In this document: piece by piece, positions 12,715 to 24,545 of the stretch | How positions within the stretch are numbered: position 1 is the stretch's first letter | Layout of the letters: each line of letters opens with the position of its first letter | NCBI RefSeq assembly: GCF_032191835.1 | Contig: NC_083238.1 | Span: 7,812,001-7,876,000 of the forward strand | Length of the DNA: 64,000 bases | Source: Heteronotia binoei | Lineage: Eukaryota | Direction of reading: 5' to 3' | Program-made: the position numbers and the translations under genes | Notes under the pieces: generated by a model | What the model was told of the DNA's origin: nothing | What the model saw: the letters and a program-made list of their open reading frames with translations, nothing else | The model's database searches: none

Positions 12715-13615
12715 TTTTTAGTCCAATATATAGTTGTAAAATGCCTAGTGGTACACTATTGCTAAAGCTAGATGGATTTGGATCTGATCAGTAATCTGGG
12801 CAGGAGATCATTAGGCTATCTGTTTAAGAGCAGGTTACAGTTAAATATATATTTAATTCCTTTAACAGGTATCTTTTGTTTCTTCAAACCTGAAGATTCT
12901 CTGCCAGTTAGACTGACCACTCCGAAGAATGAATTTCTGCATTACATTTTATATGAGAATATACAAAATCAGACCATTAGTTCAGGGATCTCACTATTAG
13001 CCACCAAAGGGAGAGGGGGAGATGCAAAGATGCAACACACAATCCGTAGGTTACAACTCACAGTTGTTTTCTTTGACCCTGCTGGCTGATTGCTGGAAAT
13101 TTTCTCTAGAGTCTCTGCATTTATCATTAAGATGCCCATGTAAATACAGCAAGCTTTGTTTTCATCTGAAAGGAGAGGTCAACCACTGTGTGCAGTAATA
13201 GCCTGACACAGGAAATTCCTATATTGCTTGAAAGTGTCTGCTCTATGTTTATTTTCCCCAAGTGATCACTTTAAGAAATTCTGTCAGTTAGGATGCTGAG
13301 CCTATGACATTTTCTGATGCCTTCCCCAGCACTCAAGGGGACAAATAAATGCTGTTACTATATCTGCAGGAACACTCCTGGAATTTTTATTCAACTTCAC
13401 TTTTTTAGTCTTTATTTCTGTTTTTCTCCTGTCCTATCCCAAAGGCTCAGGATGAGTAACAACACATTTTAAAACAGGCTGTTTTATGAACATGATTTAT
13501 GTTAACACCTTGGAGATAGCTAGCTAAGAAGGAAATGTGTGTGTGGGGGGGATCTTCTTCTGTTGTTCCTTTTTAGTTGCTTCTGTAAACAAACTGCAGA
13601 TTTCTCAAGGGTAGG

Positions 13616-13793
13616 NNNNNNNNNNNNNNNNNNNNNNNNNNNNNNNNNNNNNNNNNNNNNNNNNNNNNNNNNNNNNNNNNNNNNNNNNNNNNNNNNNNNN
13701 NNNNNNNNNNNNNNNNNNNNNNNNNNNNNNNNNNNNNNNNNNNNNNNNNNNNNNNNNNNNNNNNNNNNNNNNNNNNNNNNNNNNNNNNNNNNN
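13616..13793. other. Assembly gap (N run)
   Basis: Run of N. Confidence 1.
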
Positions 13794-14068
13794 AGTCGTT
13801 TCTGACTCTGGGGTGACGTTGCTTTCACAACGTTTTCACAGCAGACTTTTTACGGCGTGGTATGCCATTGCCTTCCCCAGTCTTTTACACTTTCCCCCCA
13901 GCAAGCTGGGTACTCATTTTACCGACCTCAGAAGGATGGAAGGCTGAGCCAACCTTGGGCCAGCTACCTGAATCCAACTTCCACCAGAATCGAACTCAGG
14001 TCGTGAGCAGAGAGTTCAGACCACAGTACTGCAGTACTGCTGCTTTACCACTCTGCGCCATGGGGCTG
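13794..14068 (+). mobile_element. Sauria SINE (5' end lost in gap)
   Basis: gactctggggtgacgttgctttcacaacg...gcaagctgggtactcattttaccgacctc...ctctgcgccatgggg. Confidence 0.92.
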
Positions 14069-14131
14069 CTGAGAGAGAGATGCAAATAGTCTAGAATGAT
14101 CCATCTCACTGAATTTTATATGGTTTCCCAG

Positions 14132-14628
14132 TATGGTCAGGGACCTGTTTATCTGCAGGACCGCCTTTCCCCATATATCCCGCAGAGAGCACTGCATTCA
14201 GGGACAAGAAATCTGCTGTCCACCTCTGGACCAAAGGAGGCCAGGTTGCGTTTGACACGACCCAGGGCCTTCTTGGTGGCAGCACCAGAGTTATGCTCTC
14301 CTGGAGGCCATAAGGGCCCTGCGGGACCTTCCTACATTCCACAGGGCCTGTAAGACTGAATTGTTTCGACAGGCCTTCGATGCTTAAACTGAGAGAGAGC
14401 TGCCACCTGACATCAGCCAGAGTTCCCGATGACCAACCGTCTGAAAAGCAGAACTGCCAACATAGCAATGGTACAGCTCCGTGGAATAGTTTTTAAATTT
14501 TAATTGTATTCATGTTTTATAGATTTTATTGACTTATTGTTTAAATCGTGTAAACGACTGTTGCAAGCCGCCCTGAGTCCGCTTGCGGAGAGGGCGGGAT
14601 AAAAGTCTAATGTAAATAAATAAATAAA
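14132..14628 (+). mobile_element. L2 LINE 3' fragment
   Basis: Collinear with 57811-58270 (tatggtcagggacctg...agagagcactgcattcagggac...). Ends in gccctgagtccgcttgcggagagggcggga and a (TAAA)n tail. Confidence 0.9.
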
Positions 14629-15060
14629 GTATATTCCTGAATGTCCATGACACTAGAGGCATTTGGAAGTGACAAATATTATCACAATCCTATGTTACTT
14701 CCAGAACTTCCAAACTGACCTTTTGCGATGCAAACAAATTTAGTTCCATGCCCATCTATGTGGATTGATTTAAATGGGTCCTACTTCAAGGTAAACAAGC
14801 AGCTTGGTCCTTTTCTGACTGCTGTGATTTCAACAATAAAAGAAATATTTATTGAAAAATCTCAATAGAATTGGCTACTGCTCTGCTGCACCTTTACAGT
14901 ATCAGATACAGTCAATTCCGACCTTTGGGTACCAGCATTAGCTCTGGTACCTAAAGCACAGGGCACCTAAAGGACAGGGAAGAATACATCAGAATTTTAC
15001 ATCACGTCCTGGAACCTCTTCCTTTTAAATTCTTTTTTTCGTAATATCCAGCATCACAAA

Positions 15061-15347
15061 GGGGGTTTTCGCACTGACCTTCAAGTGGCGCGACCACCCT
15101 CTTCACACCGGAGGATCTGCCCGGATTTCGCACAAGAAGCGCCGGCGCACCCAAAAGAGCCGGCGACTTCCGTCGCGAAACCCGCTCAAACGGAAACCGC
15201 CAAGAAGCAGGAAAACGTTTGAGCGGGTTTCGCGACGGAAGTCGCCGGCTCTTTTGGGTGCGCCAGCGCTTCTTGTGCGAAATCCGGGCAGATCCTCCAG
15301 TGTGAAGAGGGTGGTCGCGCCACTTGAAGGTCAGTGCGAAAACGCCC
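15061..15347. mobile_element. PIF/Harbinger-type hairpin MITE
   Basis: Almost perfect 287-bp palindrome GGGGGTTTTCGCACTGACCTTCAAGTGGCGCG ... CGCGCCACTTGAAGGTCAGTGCGAAAACGCCC with an AAA TSD. CpG-rich, so probably young. Confidence 0.92.
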
Positions 15348-15655
15348 AAAGAGTTTTGGCGAACTTAAGAGCTTGCACACTGTTACGTGTCATGTGGTTG
15401 GTCCTAATAAAAGATATTACAAGGCCTGTGTTCTGGTTTTTGGGTATTCCCCCAAGTTCCCACCTTCTACTGGTGCCAGCTCCAGGTTGGGAAATATCTG
15501 GAGATTTGGAGTGGGGAGGAGACAGAGCCTGAAGAGGGCAGGATATGGAAAGGGCAGAGTCTTCAATGGGGTGTAATGGCATAGAGTTCCGCTTCCAAAG
15601 AGGCCATTTTCTCCAGGTAAAGGAATCACTGCTACCTGGAGATCAGTTGTAATAG

Positions 15656-16199
15656 TGTCACGCTCTGGGGTGCAGGCGAGGAGCGAGACTCAGTCCTGGG
15701 CATGGTATGAGCTGAAGAGCAGAGTAGGAACTGAGAGCAAACCATGTCCAGACACACCAAACACAAGCCAAGTCATTCGTAGCCAGGAGTTCAGGAGCCA
15801 AGGGATCAGGTTTCAAAGCCAGCCGGGAATGGATGCCCGTCACACGATTCAATGTGTTGTTTCCACGGGGAAATCTGCCAAAAGCAGGGCGATAAATGGC
15901 TTGCCGCTGCTGTTTCCAATTAGCGAGCGGCCCGCTTCTGTTAAAACTCAGGGCTGAGAGAGCGCCTAATTTTCATACGTGCTTCCTGATGTCACAGGGC
16001 CAAACTCTGCTGAAGCCTCTCTCGCAGATGGGCCATCCATGGGGGCGAGTTGGGGGGGCTTTGCACTTGTGGCCGTTCTACTGCAGGGAATGAGGGTGGC
16101 AGCTGCCAAGTGTCAGTTTCCTCTGAGGGCCCGGCCACTATGCTGTCAGCTGCTGGTTGTGCTGTAACTGGCAGTCCCTCTTCATCATCGCCCATGACA
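15656..16199 (-). mobile_element. Solo LTR (probably Gypsy-type) nested in a TAGGGTTGCC-family MITE (~15460-16245)
   Basis: TGTCA...TGACA termini with flanks AATAG/CATAG. Removing it rejoins gagatcagttgtaatag|caggag, a motif of the host MITE family. Confidence 0.7.
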
Positions 16200-16714
16200 C
16201 ATAGCAGGAGACTTCCAGCTACCGCCTGGAGATTACCATCCCTACCATCTTCCAAGCAGTTACCACGCCTCCATTACAGTTAAGTCCCAACTAGTCATTA
16301 CTCAGAAGCGTCTCCATGTCCATCTCTCCTCCTCATTCTGTATATAGTGGTGCCATCAGGACTTTGAGGCAAAAGTTCAGGGAAATGAAATTCCCAAAGG
16401 GAAAGGGAAAAGTGGGGCAATAAGGAAGAATGGAAGGGTGACACTGTACACATTTCATATCCTTGAGTCTGTCTCCTGCTACCACCACATCACTCCCATC
16501 AATGGTACTCATGAACTGGAATGGTGTGGAAGAAAAGAGTGAAATTATTCTCTCCCATCTGACTCAGAGTTTAGCAGGTAGAAAGTTCACGAGGTATTCT
16601 GAGCCAAAGACTACCAGCTTTAGCAGCAGCTCTCAAATTAGTCAGATTTTGTGAGGAAGACATTCTCGTGCAAGTCCACATTCTAAAATTTCTGAACCAC
16701 TGCTTGTTTGGAGA

Positions 16715-16885
16715 AATATCAAGATGGGTTGCTGAGCTGGTCTGTCAGCAGCAACAAAAAAAGTGTCCAGTAGCACCTTAAAGACATTTCAATCCACTTT
16801 TCAACTGGAGTGACTCATGAAAGCTCGTACCCTGCCACAAATGCTGTTAGTTCTTAAAGAGCGACTGGACTCTTGCTCTTTCCAT
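16715..16885. mobile_element. Degenerate Penelope-related short palindromic repeat
   Basis: gtccagtagcaccttaaagac...ttaaagagcgactggactcttgctct inverted arms, with a residual gtgactcatGAAAgctc hammerhead 3' half. Family assignment is from memory of squamate repeats. Confidence 0.55.
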
Positions 16886-17220
16886 TGCTTGTTTGCCCCT
16901 TTGTTTCTAATGTGAAAGCTGCCTCCATGTTAAGGAGGAGTGAACTGGTGGGTGGTCTATTTGAAGAGCAAGGGGTAATCTTTGTGAATGATATACTCTC
17001 CTCAGTATGATTTAGTGGCCTCAGATCTGGCAAACCCAGATCTGCAGCCTACCATAGAAGCTCACTGGGTGACTTTGGGCTAGTTACTTTCAGCCAGGCC
17101 TCAGATTCAGTAAGAGTTCACAGGAGCACAGCTCCTGAACCTTTCTGACAGTTCCACCTCATCCTTCCCACTTTGTCCATTGAATAGTAGGTGCAGCTGC
17201 ATAACAATCCCTGGATAAGC

Positions 17221-17694
17221 TAGGGTTGCCAAGTCCAATTCCAGAAATATCTGGGGACTTTGGGGGTGGAGCCAGGAGACATTGGGGGCAGAGCCAGGAG
17301 CAAGGGTGTGACAAGCATCATTGAATTCCAAGGGAGTTCTGGCCATCACATTGAAAGGGACAGCACACCTTTTTAGATGCCTTCCTTCCATAGGAAATAA
17401 TGGATAGGGGCACCTTCTTTGGGGGCTCATAGAATTGGACTCCCTGGTCCAATCGTTTTGAAACTTGGAAGTTATTTTGAGAAGAGGCGCTAGATGCTAT
17501 ACTGAAAATTTGGTGCCTCTACCTCAAAACACAGCCCCCCTAGATCCACTGATATCCGCAGATCAATTCCCCATTATTCCCTGAAACTGTTGGAGATCTA
17601 GAGCTGTGGGGGCTGGGGCTAGCTGGCTGGGGGGCGGGGGGAAACTTGTAAAACCAGGTGATCCCCCACTGGGATCTGGGGATTGGGAAGCCTA
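17221..17694. mobile_element. hAT MITE (TAGGGTTGCC/TAGGCTTCCC ends) nested in a CAGGCCTCAGATTCAG element (~17096-17735)
   Basis: Perfect 8-bp TSD GGATAAGC. The host element also occurs at ~27024-27165 and ~56147-56310. Confidence 0.92.
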
Positions 17695-19789
17695 GGATAA
17701 GCTCCACCATTTTTTTTTCTACAAAATGACCCCTGATTTCAACCTAACATATTTCAGAGTTGTTGCTGTGAGGACAAAATGGAGAAGGGGTAATGATGCT
17801 GTAAGCCTCTTTGAGTCTCTGTTTGGGAGAAATGTGCACCATAAATATCTAAATTAACAAGCAAATTTGTCTTTTAACATTAACCTTGCCTCATTAACTA
17901 GAAAGCACAGAACTCTTACTTACCAAAATGTTCAATCCTTACATGAAGGATATGTATGTTAAGAATCAGCAAATTCTCACATGTTGAACTATCCATGGGT
18001 AAAGTATAAGAAAAAGTTTTAGGAGAGTTTTAGCATAGACAGTTATAAACACTGCCCTTGAATTATTTGGCTAGAATGCTGACATTACAAATTGATTATA
18101 TCTTGTTTTTTTTGAATGTCTTCTCTTTTAAAAAAAAATCTTGAAAAATTCATCATCATATTAACCTCACACCCACACCCACTCTATATTACCATAAATC
18201 TATCCCATTTAAATACCGGCTTGGACAATGAAACATTAAATCTTGACATAAAAAAATATTTATGAGTCACAGGGGAGTCTTTTGACAAAGAAAAATCTAT
18301 TTTCTCCCAGATTTCTTGGAATCACTATAAAGATAAAAATGTATATTGAAAAAAGACCTCACAGGCAGTGACAAGGACTGTTGCAAAAAAAGTGAACGAG
18401 AGAATACTTAAGCTGACAAAAGTAACTATCATAGAATCCTTGTAAACCTTCAGCACACTGAGGGTTACAGCAACGATAAAAAGATCTCAGAGATTACTCA
18501 CATAAATAAAGTCTGAAGGAATCAGATTTATTCAGCGTGGACAGAAAGAAAATGAGGCCAAAACAGGGAAGTATTTTTATGCAAAGTACACACCAAAAAA
18601 ACACCCCATTATTTAAAGTTAAAGATCAGGATTTGAATGTTTTAGGAGGGAAGGTACTGCATGTATCCAAGTGGTCCTCGTCCCCTCTGTTGCCTGTCTC
18701 TCAAGGGGTGGCGGCAGCGCCATCGTTAGGCTCTCAGTATCCCTGGTTAACGATAGCTCTGGCACTATTCAAATAAGCCTTATTTGTTCCAGGCAATTAT
18801 GGTATCACATCTGACTGACTGTCAAGCAATGTTTTATCTTACTATGACTGTCTATGTTTATCAGAATATAACTGCCATACTGTAACTGCTACTAACCCTA
18901 AAACAAAGCTGAGGCACATCAAAGTAGAGAATTAGCCGGCGCCTCTTTCGAGCCTCTTTCGCTTTACTAACAAATGCAAGAATGTGCCTTTGAAGATAAA
19001 GCCTCCAGGGACAATTTCCCAGGCAGCGCCTGGACCCAGGAAGAGTAACCACAGAGGAGATAAAGAAGGGAACCGTGTGAACTTTCACACGTGAATATAG
19101 AAATGTTTAGTAATTGTAGCAATGTTTAGGGAACCTTTGATGTGCCACGTTTAAGTATGCATTCTGCTGTTACTCTGTATCAGTTCCAATTCTTGGCTCA
19201 ATAGAAGCACATGGATTATCAATACAACCATACTTTGTTTCAACTCAAGGACTGGTTACTTTGAGATCCGCTTGCTTGACACTGACTTCATTGGAGCCAA
19301 ATAACTAATTCAGGATTTATTTATTTAAAATACTTATTAGCTGCCTTTCTCTCTTGCAGAACTCATGGTGACTTACTATGTAGATAAAACAATGACTGTA
19401 ATGACCCCTAAAAGACCACAATTTAAAATGTTAATTAGGAATACCAATAAATAAAAACTAAATTAGTCACATGCAGTTCAACTGCCTCCTGGAGACTGTA
19501 AGTGGAGGGGCCAGTGCACCTCTCTGGAAAGGCTGGTCCATAATCATGGTGCTGCCACCAAAAGACCCTCTACCATGTGCTCACAAGATGAGCTTCTTTC
19601 ATCAGTGGGACAGTCAGGAGGGCCTCTCATTGTGGTGTTAATTCACAGGCAGAGATGACAGTCCTTCAGATACCCCAGTTCCAAGCCATGAATTGGGCTC
19701 AGGAGCAGATAGCCAGTGTAATTGCTGTAGTATCAGGGTCACATGTGACCAGTAGCAGGCCCTGGACAGCAATCTAGTTGCAGCATTCT

Positions 19790-19882
19790 ACCTTTTACCT
19801 GATCATTTTAACTGGGATGCCTGGAATTAAACTGAGGACCTTCTGCAAGCAAAGCATATACTCTTCCACTGAGCTATGGTCC
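19790..19882 (-). mobile_element. tRNA-derived SINE head (Squam2-like)
   Basis: Reverse complement ggaccatagctcagtggaagag...ggtcctcagtttaattccaggcatc has A/B-box-like motifs. Near-identical to 21293-21390. Confidence 0.75.
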
Positions 19883-20089
19883 TCCTCTTTCCCCAACATC
19901 TCATTGACAATGGAGCTCTTTGGGGGTGCCCCCCCCCAGCCAGCTCTATGCTGGCAGATTGGAGGCCTTGAAAGCTAGGGAACACCTGCCCATGTCAAGT
20001 GCCCGGAAGCCCTAGATCTGACTGAACCTAAACTTGAGCACCTGGATTTTCAAGGAGTGTATAACAGGAGAGTAGATAGGAGAGATTTC

Positions 20090-20740
20090 AAGTCCCTTGT
20101 CTGCCTTTCTGCCTTGTCAGAATTTGTTTTCAGCTTGTTCACTCTCATCCAGTCCATTACTGAATGCAAGCACTGGTTCAGAACATCTGTAGCATCCCTG
20201 GAATTACTCGGAAAAGAAGAAGATATTGGATTTATATCCCGCCCTCCACTCTGAAGAGTCTCAGAGCAGCTCCTCCCCCACAACAGACACCCTGTGAGGT
20301 GGGTGGGGCTGAGAGAGCTCTGACAGAAGCTGCCCTTTCAAGGACAGCTCTGTGAGAGCTATGGCTACTCAAGGCCATGCCAGCAGGTGCAAGTGGAGAA
20401 GTGGGGAATCAAACCTGGTTCTCCCAGATAAGAGTCTACGCATTTAACCACTACACCAAACAGAGCTGGGTATAATCCACATATTGGTAACAACACAGTC
20501 CATACCTCCTGATGACCTTTCCAAATCAATTCATATGGATATTAAATAGCATGGGGGATAAGACTGAGTCCTGAGGAACCACAGAGGCCAACCCTCATGG
20601 GACCGAGCAGGAATCCCTCAACACTGCCTTCTGAGACTGACACCCGCTCCCAATATTACTCAAAACACTGTAACATGATTGTCCTTAGTCCCAGCACTGA
20701 GACGCAGTTCAGTAGGATACTATGGTCAGTCACAGGTCTC
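20090..20740 (-). mobile_element. Old L2 RT fragment interrupted by a Squam3 SINE
   Basis: Minus-strand translation of the first part gives LNQCLHSVMDWMRVNKLKTNSDKAE, an L2 RT C-terminal motif. The 20500-20740 part resembles the GVPQGSVL/P.LFNIYM region. Confidence 0.7.
20211..20462 (-). mobile_element. Squam3-type SINE
   Basis: Reverse complement of the 7029 consensus, with a GAA tail at the left. Confidence 0.9.
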
Positions 20741-20769
20741 TGAGAGTGATGCTAAATGCTTCTTAGATA

Positions 20770-20969
20770 CAGGGCTTTTTTTGAGCAGGAATGCATAGGA
20801 ACACAGTTCCGGCTGGCTTGGCATCAGGGGGTGTGGCCTAATATGCAAATGAGTTCATGGTGGGCTTTTTCTAAAAAAAAGTCCTGTGTGAAACAATGGT
20901 GACATCAGGGGGTGTGGCCTAATATGCAAATGAGGTCCTATTGGGATTGTTCTACAAAAAAAAGCCCTG
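20770..20969. mobile_element. hAT MITE (CAGGGCTTTTTT family) carrying two KLF+octamer modules
   Basis: TIR CAGGGCTTTTTT/AAAAAAAGCCCTG. TSD CTTAGATA/CTTGGATA. Confidence 0.88.
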
Positions 20970-21292
20970 CTTGGATACATTTTCATATTGGATTTCAGTA
21001 ATATTATCATGCTGTCAAACTCAAAAGGCTGCATGACAAGCTTGTTACGAGAAAGAAGGCTGATTGTTAGCATGAAACCAAATAAAACAGCACCAAGGTC
21101 ATAGCCAGTGAAGACTGCAAACACCAGGAAAATGATGTGGAAAATATAAGCTTTCATGGAACTTTTGGGAAACCTTTAGAGATTTCCAGCAGCCTTTTTC
21201 ATTATGCTGTAACTTTGGTGGAGAACTTTAAGTTGAAAGAGTTGTTGAAGGAAAAGAATCACCATTATCCACTGAGACGCTGGGGAAAGAGA

Positions 21293-21800
21293 GGGATCAT
21301 AGCTCGGTGGAAGAGCATATGCTTTGCTTGCGGTAGGTCCTCAGTTTAATCCCAGGCATCCCAGTTAAAATGGTCAAGTAAAAGGTAATGTGAAAGGAAA
21401 AGGAAAGGTCCCCTGTGCAAGCACCAGTTGTTTCCGACTCTGGGGTGACGTTCACGTTTTCACGGCAGACTTTTTTTCGGGGTGGTTTGCCATTGCCTTC
21501 CCCAGTCATCTACACTTTCCCTCCAGCAAGCTGGGTACTCATTTTGCCGACCTCGGAAGGGTGGAAGGCTGAGTCAACCTGGAGCCGGCTACCTGAAAAC
21601 CCAGCTTCCGCCAGGGATCGAACTCAGGTCGTGAGCAGAGCTTAGGACTGCAGTACTGTAGCTTTAACACTCTGCGCCACGGGGCAGAAAAAGACCCCTA
21701 CCTAAAATCAAACAGAGCCACCTGCCAGTCATAGTAGAAAATACAGTCATTGATAGACCATGGTCTCATTCAGTATAAGACAATGCCATGTGTTCATGTG
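21293..21800 (+). mobile_element. tRNA-derived (Squam2-like) SINE split by a Sauria SINE
   Basis: Head gatcatagctcggtggaagagc at ~21296. The body resumes after 21686 (aaagacccctacc...cattcagtataagacaatgccatgtgttc). Confidence 0.7.
21398..21685 (+). mobile_element. Sauria SINE, full length
   Basis: aaaggaaaggtcccctgtgcaagcaccag ... actctgcgccacggggc. Confidence 0.93.
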
Positions 21801-22737
21801 ACATGCAAGCTATTTACAAATTCAGGGCTACCATAATGTGTGCACTTAACTGAATTGAGTAGGACTTGTTTTTTCAGTAAGCCTGCTAACCCTTTGCGTA
21901 GTCTGTTGAACTCAATGGTATAAGCTAGTCAGGACTAACATAAGCCTCTTATTCATTTCCAGAGGGATAACTAGCTCTAACTGCATCAAGAACAAAAAAA
22001 AATGTAATTAAAGGGTCATGCAGATGCTCCAAAGAATGGGTCAAACAATACATTGCAAAATTCTATTGCGGAAGAGGCATATCTGGACATGTAAGCGGTC
22101 TTGAAAAGATCACATATCAGAACTGCTCTGAAATTCCTCAGGAGAGATAGAAATTAAATTAATTCATAAATAATTAATCCATTAAAATAATGAAAAATCA
22201 TCTGGCCAAATTGCTTTGAGTAGCTCTGTTCAGTAACTTGGGGAACTTAAAAGAAAAAATAGTCTGTCAGGAACATTTTAGGTATATGGAATGAATCTAG
22301 CTCGTGAATCTAGACAATATATATTCATCCTAAATCCTTTCCAGATCTAAGATTCCATAAATCTGTAACATGCATTCTTATTCTGAAAGGGAGAAAATAC
22401 TATCTCTTCTATAGTGTTTTATAGTGTTTGCAGCCAGTCAGATGATTTAAGCAATGCCCTTTCTGAAAATAACTTACAAGGCGTTTTACAAATCATGACT
22501 ATGGACAAGACATGACAAAGCACAGTATGTTTTGTAGACAAGTCGTAGAGTTTTCACCTGACAGACAGCAATGCTGCAGAGCTTGAAGAAGAATAGACTG
22601 ACTGATTTTTTTTAATGGACACACCAGTTGGAAACACACAACTAATGCCCAATACTAATCCTCACTGTTTATGTAGTACTCTCAGTAATGTGCCATACAT
22701 TAACTCAGTGAGTTCATGGCTAAGATGCAATTCAAAC

Positions 22738-23246
22738 TAGGGTTGCCAAGTTCAATTTAAGAAATATCTGGGGATTTTGGGGGTGGAGCCAGGAGACTTT
22801 GGGGGTGGAGCCAAGATCAAGGCCGTGACAAGCATAATTGAACTCCAAAGGGAGTTCTGGCCATCACATTTAAAGGGACGGCACACCTTTTCAATGCCTT
22901 CCTTCCATAGGAAATAATGAAGGATAGGGGCACCTTCTTTTGGGGCTCATAGAATTGTACCCCCTGGTTCAATCGTTTTGAAACTTGGGGGATATTTTGG
23001 GGAGAGGCACTAGATGCTGTACTGAAACTTTGGTGCCTCTACCTCAAAAAACATTCCCCCCAGAGCCCCAGATACCCGTGAATCAATTCTCCATTATTTT
23101 CTATGGGACTAAATCTCCATAGGGAATAATAAGAGTTCCCAGCAGACATTTCCTTCCCCTCCCCCTGCTTTCTGACGACCCTGAAGCGGGAGGAGGGCCT
23201 CCAAACCGGGGGATCCCCTGCCCCCACCTGGGGATTGGCAACCCTA
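22738..23246. mobile_element. hAT MITE (TAGGGTTGCCA TIRs)
   Basis: TIRs TAGGGTTGCCAA/TTGGCAACCCTA with a perfect 8-bp TSD ATTCAAAC. Confidence 0.93.
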
Positions 23247-24545
23247 ATTCAAACTGCAGGCCTACCTGCTTGTTTGTTTTTAACAAATGGGAAAGTATTG
23301 GGGAACTTCTCAACAGACCAGCAAGGGTTAGTTCTCTGCAGATCCTCAAGACATACCCAGCCCAGTAACAAAGAAGTTCATGAATGGCTTTGCTTTCTGA
23401 AAACAACTAATATATTACAGCAACATTCCCAATCTTGTCAGATCTGTTAACATGAAATCCTAACTTTCTAAAAAGAAAAAGAGAGAGCATCTGGGTTTCA
23501 AGACTGGGAGTCCCAGAAAATGTTATTAAACTTGTAACTATGAACCCTGATGGAAATATTTTGTAACAGGGGTGTCAAACATGCAGACTGCATGGTGCAT
23601 CCGGACTGTGCAGGGCACAAATCCTGCCCCGAGCAACTTCCTGCAAAAGTTTCCTGCAAAATGGACAAGGTGAGGCATAATAAACTCTTGATTATAATCG
23701 TCTTCTCGTTGCATTATTCTGCTTATTTCAGCGTCCACCAGCCATAAAAACCAATGCACTTGCTCTGCTTTGTTGATGTGCCATCTACTTAACCATCTGT
23801 GCATAACCTTAGGACAGGACTGAGTTTGACATGGAACATCTGCCTCTCAAATGGAAGGATCCTTTCTGCACATGGTCCTCTCTCTCAGCGACAGATGATC
23901 CTGAGTCCTCAATTTGAAGGGATGTTTGCCGCGAGGCATGAATGTCAGGAGATTAGAACGTCACACTGTTTTGGCAACCAAATGTTTGTGCCATGCTCCA
24001 TTATAGATCAGATAAGACCTCGTGTTCAGCAGCCAGGGAAGAAAACTAACACATGAGAGGTAGGACTTGATGTGTCTCTTTTGACTGTGTCTTATTTAAA
24101 CTTTTCTTTGGGGGTGTACGTCTGTTTTCCATACACAACAATGTCTCCACCCGCAGAAAAGGGAATTGCCAGCACATTCTTCTCTATGTCTAAAATCACC
24201 CCCCCCCAAGTTTTTGTTTTTTGATTGTGATTTTTGGTTGTCATGTGTCTGTGTGTTTTCTGTGTTTGCACAATGAATTAGCAGATGTAAACGAGCAATA
24301 ATCCTGGTACAAGTGGGACCGGCAGTTCTCGTCCATGCTCTTGTACTTAGCAACTCCTAATTTAATTGTATATGTTGCTTCTGATTTATACTGCTGATTT
24401 GATTGAGGTGGACTGTCGAAGGTATAAGGCCTTATGGGAGAGGTAACAAAATTCTCTTGTCTTCTAAACCTGAATTTAAAAGAGTATGAGTGAATCTGCT
24501 GACCTCCACAGAGTCCTATAGCTGCCTGTTTGTGGGCTTATGCTG

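Noticed and set aside
15002-15532. Overlapping ORFs on both strands with nearly identical peptides (GAPALLVRNPGRSS.VKRVVAPLEGQCEN)
   Set aside because: Artefact of the palindromic Harbinger MITE at 15061-15347.
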